From IMG/VR virus record IMGVR_UViG_3300010429_000248: DNA of 32,950 nt; one strand, given 5' to 3'. The notes below the pieces were generated by a model that searched no databases, was not told the DNA's origin, and saw only the letters and a program-made list of their open reading frames with translations. Shown here in pieces: positions 7,363-11,896 of this stretch. Source of the stretch: a virus. A program made the position numbers and the translations under genes. Each line of letters starts with the position of its first letter. The first letter of the stretch is position 1.

Positions 7363-7911
7363 CTAAAATGATTGTGATTTGTTGCGAATTTCTGCAACAA
7401 GTTGAATGTAGTTTTCGCCGCGTGCTATCATCGCTATCGGACCGGAAGATAAATAGCCGAATTTCCTTGCAATTTCTGATTGAGAAACCCCCTTGTCAAG
7501 CAGTTCTAAAACCTCAACTAATTGGCTTTTTGTAAGTCTTCGTGTGCTCCGATTAGCATCCCCTAATTTTTTATAGGTTGCTTGAAGGTGTCCTTTGTCA
7601 AACGCATCTTTCCAGTTATCGTATGGAGTGCCAAGAAATAAGTGTTCAGGATTTACGCATTTAGGATTGTCGCAAGTGTGACAAACCCATTGACCGTCGG
7701 GAATGTCCCCGTAATTGAGAATGTAGGCTATTCTGTGAGCAAGAAAAGCCTTAAGCACTCGATTTTCTTTTATGTGCAAATAGCCATAGCCAATCGATTT
7801 AGTTGTGCCATTCCATGTCCAACAGCCATCGTCACTTTTAGTAAATCGTTCATAAAAACGTGCGATTACTCGTTCTGGTATTTGGTCTAACCTAAGTCCC
7901 TTTTTTACCAT
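7363..7911 (-). CDS. HNH homing-type endonuclease with a C-terminal HTH
   Basis: GYGYLHIKENRVLKAFLAHRIAYILNYGDIPDGQWVCHTCDNPKCVNPEHLFLGT is HNH_3-like. C-terminal HTH: VSQSEIARKFGYLSSGPIAMIARG. The gene is AT-rich. Trimmed to the ATG at 7911, with GGAG 7 nt upstream. Confidence 0.8.
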   Translation of the reverse strand: MVKKGLRLDQIPERVIARFYERFTKSDDGCWTWNGTTKSIGYGYLHIKENRVLKAFLAHRIAYILNYGDIPDGQWVCHTCDNPKCVNPEHLFLGTPYDNWKDAFDKGHLQATYKKLGDANRSTRRLTKSQLVEVLELLDKGVSQSEIARKFGYLSSGPIAMIARGENYIQLVAEIRNKSQSF

Positions 7912-7921
7912 CTCTACTCCA

Positions 7922-8128
7922 TTAAAAAGGCACATCATCCAACGTTGGATCGTTGGGCTTGATAAATCCACAATGCCAGCACTCGCGGCTCGCGGTCTTG
8001 TACGTGTGCGTGCAATTCGCCTGGATTTCGGCAACCTCTTCGTTCGTGCCGGCTTCGGCTATCGCGTTGACGATTGTCATGTGGTAGCGCCAGTCGTCGT
8101 TGGCGTCTAATTGCGTGTGTCCGTCCAT
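7922..8128 (-). CDS. Hypothetical small protein with a C..H..CxxC cluster
   Basis: 68 aa. CTHTYKTASRECWHCG may bind zinc. Its ATG overlaps the stop of the RHH gene as TAATG. Confidence 0.55.
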   Translation of the reverse strand: MDGHTQLDANDDWRYHMTIVNAIAEAGTNEEVAEIQANCTHTYKTASRECWHCGFIKPNDPTLDDVPF

Positions 8129-8283
8129 TAGTTGCCTCTCAGTTGGTAAGCCGCTTCGATCAAAATGCGGATTGTTTCGGACCTTGTGACCCTGGTCATC
8201 TCGTCTAACTTGGCGAGTGCCTCATCGGTCAGCCATACCCCTACCAGTGTTCTTTTGTTGTTCTGCTTGTTTCGTGTTGCCAT
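8128..8283 (-). CDS. Ribbon-helix-helix (Arc/CopG-like) protein, Cro-analogue position (not in the ORF track)
   Basis: My translation is MATRNKQNNKRTLVGVWLTDEALAKLDEMTRVTRSETIRILIEAAYQLRGN (51 aa). It is the first gene downstream of a consensus leftward promoter, has a GAGG Shine-Dalgarno motif, and is divergent from the cI-like gene. Confidence 0.6.
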   Translation of the reverse strand: MATRNKQNNKRTLVGVWLTDEALAKLDEMTRVTRSETIRILIEAAYQLRGN

Positions 8284-8325
8284 TCAACCTCTCTCTATTT
8301 ACGCTGTTAACTCGTTCTGATGGTG

Positions 8326-8353
8326 ATTATACACTATTGTGTATTCTTGTCAA
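8326..8353 (-). promoter_or_regulatory. Leftward early promoter, sigma-70 consensus
   Basis: The minus strand reads TTGACA (8353-8348), a 16-nt spacer, then TATAAT (8331-8326). This is about 45 nt upstream of the RHH gene start. Confidence 0.7.
8329..8344. promoter_or_regulatory. 16-bp palindromic operator candidate ATACAC-TATT-GTGTAT
   Basis: A perfect inverted repeat overlapping the -10 and spacer of the leftward promoter. The half-site ATTGTGTAT recurs at 8388-8396, overlapping a TATAAT at 8394-8399 on the + strand. Confidence 0.6.
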
Positions 8354-8420
8354 GCACTTTTCACCGAATTAGTAAAATTGGTCTGGAATTGTGTATAATG
8401 TCAATAAATGGTGATTTATT

Positions 8421-8807
8421 ATGCAAACACTGAAAGAATGGCTGGAATATAAATATTTGGAATGGCAAGCCGAACACGGCCGACTGTCTCTAAAAAAGTG
8501 GTCGGATATGCTCGGAATTAAATACAGCTACCTGATGAATATGGTTAGCGGTGAGAACCTGTCAACGTCGATGCAAACGGCTTATGCTATCGGTGAGCGG
8601 CTTGGCGACTTCACGATCCTCGAAGTGTTAGGCTATCCCGTGCCAGACGCGCCACTAATCGGCTTGGCGGATGATGAGCGCAAGGTTGTGCTGGACTGGC
8701 TCGAAAGCGTGAAATTAGCGCTGGACAAAGTGCCCGAAGCGGAACGAATGAGTAAGCTCAACGAAATTCTGGCAGGGCTGCCTGATGCTGAGATGGATGC
8801 GGATTGA
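8421..8807 (+). CDS. cI-like repressor (XRE-type HTH)
   Basis: 128 aa with the HTH LKKWSDMLGIKYSYLMNMVSGE. GGTGA lies 8 nt upstream of the ATG. It is divergent from the RHH gene and lies upstream of int on the same strand. Confidence 0.65.
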   Translation: MQTLKEWLEYKYLEWQAEHGRLSLKKWSDMLGIKYSYLMNMVSGENLSTSMQTAYAIGERLGDFTILEVLGYPVPDAPLIGLADDERKVVLDWLESVKLALDKVPEAERMSKLNEILAGLPDAEMDAD

Positions 8808-8843
8808 GTAAGTCGTTTCATGGTGTGTTGCCCTCCCACGTGT

Positions 8844-8863
8844 ATTATAGCACGCCTGTGCTA
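8844..8863. repeat. 20-nt motif ATTATAGCACGCCTGTGCTA (hairpin-capable), copy A
   Basis: It matches 9999-10018 at 18 of 20 positions. It contains the TAGCAC-GCCT-GTGCTA hairpin followed by ATTATT, 37 nt after the cI stop, so it may also be a weak terminator. Confidence 0.6.
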
Positions 8864-8964
8864 ATTATTGCAATGGTAGCAACCTTAACAAATCGCGTGA
8901 CATTAGGTGACTGGCTTAATAGCGGAATGATAGTGGCAAACACAGCGAACCAACGAGGCGAGTT

Positions 8965-9016
8965 GTTCCCGTGGCCTAATGGATAAGGCACTGGCCTCCG
9001 AAGCCGGTCATGTGGC
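8965..9016 (+). other. tRNA-Arg(CCG)-like 5' fragment, candidate attP core
   Basis: It folds by eye as GTTCCCG-TG-GCCT-AATGGATA-AGGC-A-CTGGC-CTCCGAA-GCCGG-TCATG-TGG. That gives an acceptor 5' strand, a D arm, and an anticodon arm with loop CTCCGAA. No canonical T loop and no CGGGAAC 3' acceptor strand follow. Confidence 0.55.
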
Positions 9017-9074
9017 ACAATCGCCGCCAGCAACTCAGCCCCCTCGTTGAAGCGCACAATTATTGGCGGTAGCA

Positions 9075-9995
9075 ATGAAACAAGGTGACTGGCTTATCCC
9101 AAAAACGCACGATCCCGACAATATTCCTCGCTGGTTCGATGCCTTCCTTTTGGACCGCCGCGCTCAAGGTATGGCGACTGGCACGCTCGAATTCTACCGT
9201 TGGAAGCTGCGCCTTGTTGACCTGTTCCTGAGTTCTCAGAATATCAGATTGGTTAGTGAATTGACGCCCGACCTTGTTCGCTCGCTTCTTATCCACCTCG
9301 AAGAAACACACAATCCAGGCGGCACGCACCAAGTCTACCGCGCGCTCCGAACGTTCCTGAACTGGTACGCTATCGAAGCCGACCCGCCCGACTGGCATAA
9401 TCCCATGAGCAACGTCAAGCCGCCCAAATTGGTGGAGCGCCCGCTTGCGCCGATCTCTATTACTTACCTGAAGAAACTTGTCGCCGCGTGCCCTGACAAT
9501 TTCACCGGCATCCGTGACCGCGCCATTATGCTGTTTCTTTTCGACACTGGTCTGAGAGCCGCCGAACTAATCGCACTTGACCGCGAGGATGTGGATGAGA
9601 TTGACGGCTCGGTGAACGTCAGGAACGGCAAAGGCGGCAAGCCGCGCCTCACCATCATCGGTAAGCGCACCCGCAAGGCTTTACGCGCGTTCCTGCGCTC
9701 ACGAAGTGATGAGGAAGACGCGCTGTTCGTGACCGATGATCTGGAGCGGATGAGTTATCGCGGGCTTGATAATATGCTGAGAAGACGCGCTGAGTTGGCG
9801 AAAGTGCCGAAGCCGACGTTGCATAGTTTCCGGCGCGCGTTTGCATTGAATAGCCTCCGTAATGGCATGGACGTGTTCAGTTTGCAGCGCCTTATGGGGC
9901 ACGCCGACCTTCAAGTGATGAGGCGCTATCTGGCACAAACCGACGACGATCTTCGCACCGCGCACGCCAAAGCGAGTCCAGTTGATTGCTGGTAG
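9075..9995 (+). CDS. int: Tyrosine recombinase / phage integrase (XerC/D-like)
   Basis: Catalytic signature FDTGLRAAEL (R), HSFRRAFA (HxxR) and GHADLQVMRRYL (H...Y), with an N-terminal SAM-like core-binding domain. The ORF track starts at a TTG at 9063. I prefer the ATG at 9075, but this is uncertain. Confidence 0.9.
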   Translation: MKQGDWLIPKTHDPDNIPRWFDAFLLDRRAQGMATGTLEFYRWKLRLVDLFLSSQNIRLVSELTPDLVRSLLIHLEETHNPGGTHQVYRALRTFLNWYAIEADPPDWHNPMSNVKPPKLVERPLAPISITYLKKLVAACPDNFTGIRDRAIMLFLFDTGLRAAELIALDREDVDEIDGSVNVRNGKGGKPRLTIIGKRTRKALRAFLRSRSDEEDALFVTDDLERMSYRGLDNMLRRRAELAKVPKPTLHSFRRAFALNSLRNGMDVFSLQRLMGHADLQVMRRYLAQTDDDLRTAHAKASPVDCW

Positions 9996-9998
9996 GTA

Positions 9999-10018
9999 AT
10001 TATCGCACGCATGTGCTA
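9999..10018. repeat. 20-nt motif ATTATCGCACGCATGTGCTA, copy B
   Basis: It matches 8844-8863 at 18 of 20 positions. It starts 4 nt after the int stop and is followed by GGTTTTTGG. Confidence 0.6.
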
Positions 10019-10046
10019 CTCGCGGTTTTTGGGGCGGATTTTGGGC

Positions 10047-10058
10047 TTAGAAGCGATT
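10047..10058. repeat. Inverted single copy (TTAGAAGCGATT) of the 10223-10252 repeat unit
   Basis: Exact reverse complement of AATCGCTTCTAA. Confidence 0.7.
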
Positions 10059-10140
10059 GTGGTTGTAACGGAAAAAACGATTAATTGCGTGCGAAACCGC
10101 AATCGGACTGCGGAATTTCACGGAACGAAATTGCCGAAAA

Positions 10141-10180
10141 GTGCGGAATGAAATAGGCGTAATTCTCGGACATTCCGCAC
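10141..10180. repeat. Inverted repeat GTGCGGAAT ... ATTCCGCAC (9-bp arms, 22-nt spacer)
   Basis: The arms are at 10141-10149 and 10172-10180. A further TGCGGAAT lies at 10109-10116, and GCGGAATGA also occurs at 8922-8930, upstream of the tRNA fragment. Confidence 0.65.
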
Positions 10181-10222
10181 AATGAAACCGCGCCAAGTCG
10201 CACATTATGCTGATCATAATCA

Positions 10223-10252
10223 CGCTTCTAATCGCTTCTAATCGCTTCTAAT
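10223..10252. repeat. Three perfect tandem copies of CGCTTCTAAT (10-bp phasing), arm-type-site-like
   Basis: The sequence cgcttctaatcgcttctaatcgcttctaat, read directly, is flanked by partial TAATC units. Confidence 0.9.
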
Positions 10253-10284
10253 CACAATTATCGTTGGAGTTATGTGCAGGCGCT

Positions 10285-10308
10285 CACGTTTATCATTTGA
10301 TAAATGTG
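10285..10308. repeat. 24-bp near-perfect palindrome CACGTTTATCAT/TTGATAAATGTG
   Basis: 10 of 12 positions are symmetric. The inner 16 bp, TTTATCA-TT-TGATAAA, are perfectly symmetric. Confidence 0.75.
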
Positions 10309-10485
10309 AACTAGTAATTAGGTTTATCCTGCTTTGTGGTTCAAAGGTGATGAATATTCAGACTTTTGAATGAGATTGTAAGTTTTGCGCTTATTCTTTC
10401 AATGATGTAAGCGACTTTGAAACATTCCTTGTCACCGAACCTTTACTATCGTGCTCGTTTCGTGACTCAAAGTAGCACCATAGTA

Positions 10486-10511
10486 AAGAGCCACCCTTGC
10501 GAGTGGCTCTT
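10486..10511 (-). terminator. Candidate intrinsic terminator of the long leftward operon
   Basis: The minus strand reads AAGAGCCAC-TCGCAAGG-GTGGCTCTT followed by TACTAT. This is a 9-bp stem and an 8-nt loop, with the U tract partly inside the stem. It is downstream of the last minus-strand gene and of the tRNA-like element. Confidence 0.45.
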
Positions 10512-10591
10512 GCCTTGCCGAGCATTGGCGCGCGCTGCCAGTCGGCGGGTCTCAGAAAGGTGCGCATTGTCAAGAGGCGTTCCGGACACTA

Positions 10592-10657
10592 TGCGGAGGT
10601 GGTGGGAGTCGAACCCACGTGTATGCGCCCCGAAAGACGCGCGTCCCCGTCACCCCC
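10592..10657 (-). ncRNA. tRNA-like element: acceptor helix with a G3:U70 pair plus a canonical T arm, no D or anticodon arms (tmRNA-TLD-like or Ala-minihelix-like)
   Basis: The minus strand reads GGGGGTG-ACGGGGACGCGCGTCTTTCGGGGCGCATACAC-GTGGG-TTCGACT-CCCAC-CACCTCC-G-CA. GGGGGTG pairs with CACCTCC over 7 bp, and the third pair is G:T. The T arm is canonical. Confidence 0.6.
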
Positions 10658-10680
10658 ATTTCACTATATTATCACATCGG

Positions 10681-10875
10681 CTAACCTGCCACCTTATTCT
10701 TATCGGTCTGATACCACCCCTGCCCCTTGAAGTGCACCTCCACCGGCAGCCACACGCGCTCCATCAACTCGCGGCACTCGGCGCACACCGGCTCCTCGCG
10801 CTCCTCCATGTCGTACGGCTGCCAGACTTCGACGCGCTTGCCGCATTGCGTGCATTTGTAGACGTAGACGGGCAT
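10681..10875 (-). CDS. FmdB-family zinc-ribbon protein
   Basis: MPVYVYKCTQCGKRVEVWQ...VCAECRELMERVW..VHFKGQGWYQTD matches the FmdB/CxxC_CxxC_SSSS pattern. It ends with a TAG stop. Confidence 0.8.
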   Translation of the reverse strand: MPVYVYKCTQCGKRVEVWQPYDMEEREEPVCAECRELMERVWLPVEVHFKGQGWYQTDKNKVAG

Positions 10876-10877
10876 GG

Positions 10878-11099
10878 TCAGGCCTTCCTGTACGCGGTCG
10901 CCGGCTTGCCGTTCTGCGTTCTAACTTGCCGCGCGATTAGCTGACCAGCGGCAAGTTTGTTCTTCAGCACCGCCGCTGCTTTGCTCCAGCTACAACCCGT
11001 GTAATCTGCGACGCTCTGAGCGGTTACCTCGTCAGGCGCGATGTCGGGCAAGCCTAACTCGCGCGCAAGCTCTTCGAGGAGTTCATATTCGGTCATCAT
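10878..11099 (-). CDS. Small winged-helix-like protein
   Basis: 73 aa (VADYTGCSWSKAAAVLKNKLAAGQLIARQVRTQNGKPATAYR). It has an ATGA overlap with the phosphoesterase gene. Confidence 0.55.
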   Translation of the reverse strand: MMTEYELLEELARELGLPDIAPDEVTAQSVADYTGCSWSKAAAVLKNKLAAGQLIARQVRTQNGKPATAYRKA

Positions 11100-11896
11100 A
11101 GCGTTATCACCTTTCGACCGTCCGGTTGCCCCTTGTACCTTGCGTGCGACAAATCCAACTTGCCGTCATTGAGTAATACCGCGCCAATGTCCGAGCGCCG
11201 TGTGTTGCCAGCCACGCGGTTGGCGTAGGTGGTCTTCAACTGCCACGACGGGCACTGAATAAGCCGCGTATTCTCGAACTTCGAGCCGCTATCGTCCATC
11301 GTGTGCAAGTGACCCCTGAAGATGTAATGTGGCAATGGCAAGCCTGATTGAGCGTAATCTAGCATAATCTCAGACGCCAGACTTGCCGCGCTTGAAGTCC
11401 ACGGTCTGAAGCCAGCCCGCCCGTGGTGCGCCAAGTCAACCAGAACGCCGTCAATGTCGATGGTCATTTGTTGCTCCACGTAATCAGCGCCGAGCTTGCG
11501 GTATAAATCAGCTTCAATGGCATGGTCGGGTCCAGCGTGAACGGCTGTTCCCAAGATGCCAATAAACTTGTCGGCAATGTCGCGGTAAGGTTGCAACAAC
11601 TCCAGCGCCATGACCGCTTGATCGCCGACTTCCTGAACCAATTGCGTGCTGTCGTGGTGGTACGAGTCAATCACGTCGCCCAAGTGAGCAACGATCACGC
11701 GCTTCTTCTTGCGCTTCTCGTTTACGTAATCCCAGAAGTCAACCCAGTTACGATGTAGCCATCGTTGCAAGCGGTTGGCTTCCATGACTTGCGCCTCGTA
11801 ACTGGAGCGGTTGTGCACCGTGAACTTCAACGGAGCAATAGCGGTTGAACTGCCAATATGAGTATCAGACAGAACGACCAGGATTGTTCCGCTCAT
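11096..11896 (-). CDS. Calcineurin-like metallophosphoesterase
   Basis: Motifs VLSDTHIGS (DxH), HLGDVIDSYHH (GDxxD), GTAVHAGPDH, DLAHHG and RGHLHT (GHxH). Confidence 0.75.
   Translation of the reverse strand: MSGTILVVLSDTHIGSSTAIAPLKFTVHNRSSYEAQVMEANRLQRWLHRNWVDFWDYVNEKRKKKRVIVAHLGDVIDSYHHDSTQLVQEVGDQAVMALELLQPYRDIADKFIGILGTAVHAGPDHAIEADLYRKLGADYVEQQMTIDIDGVLVDLAHHGRAGFRPWTSSAASLASEIMLDYAQSGLPLPHYIFRGHLHTMDDSGSKFENTRLIQCPSWQLKTTYANRVAGNTRRSDIGAVLLNDGKLDLSHARYKGQPDGRKVITL

Noticed and set aside
8965-9050. A complete tRNA-Arg gene
   Set aside because: After the variable loop the sequence (TGGCACAATCGCCGCCAGCAAC...) lacks a TTCRA T loop and any CGGGAAC 3' acceptor strand. Only the 5' roughly 50 nt are tRNA-like.
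8804-9398. ORFs 8804-8986 (+), 8845-9075 (-) and 9060-9398 (-)
   Set aside because: They overlap the tRNA-Arg fragment and att region, or run antisense to the well-supported integrase gene. They have no coupling or RBS signals.
10223-10252. CRISPR array
   Set aside because: It is three abutting 10-nt units with no spacers, far below CRISPR repeat length.
10592-10657. A canonical (cloverleaf) tRNA on the minus strand
   Set aside because: Only 32 nt lie between the acceptor 5' strand and the T arm. I could not build a 5-bp/7-nt anticodon arm or a D arm, so I call it tRNA-like or TLD-like and not a tRNA.
10417-10944. Long + strand ORFs (175 aa and 77 aa) across 10417-10944
   Set aside because: They read through the tRNA-like element (RRWWESNPRV is the typical translation of a T arm) and run antisense to the FmdB and wHTH genes. 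They have no Shine-Dalgarno motif and an implausible composition.
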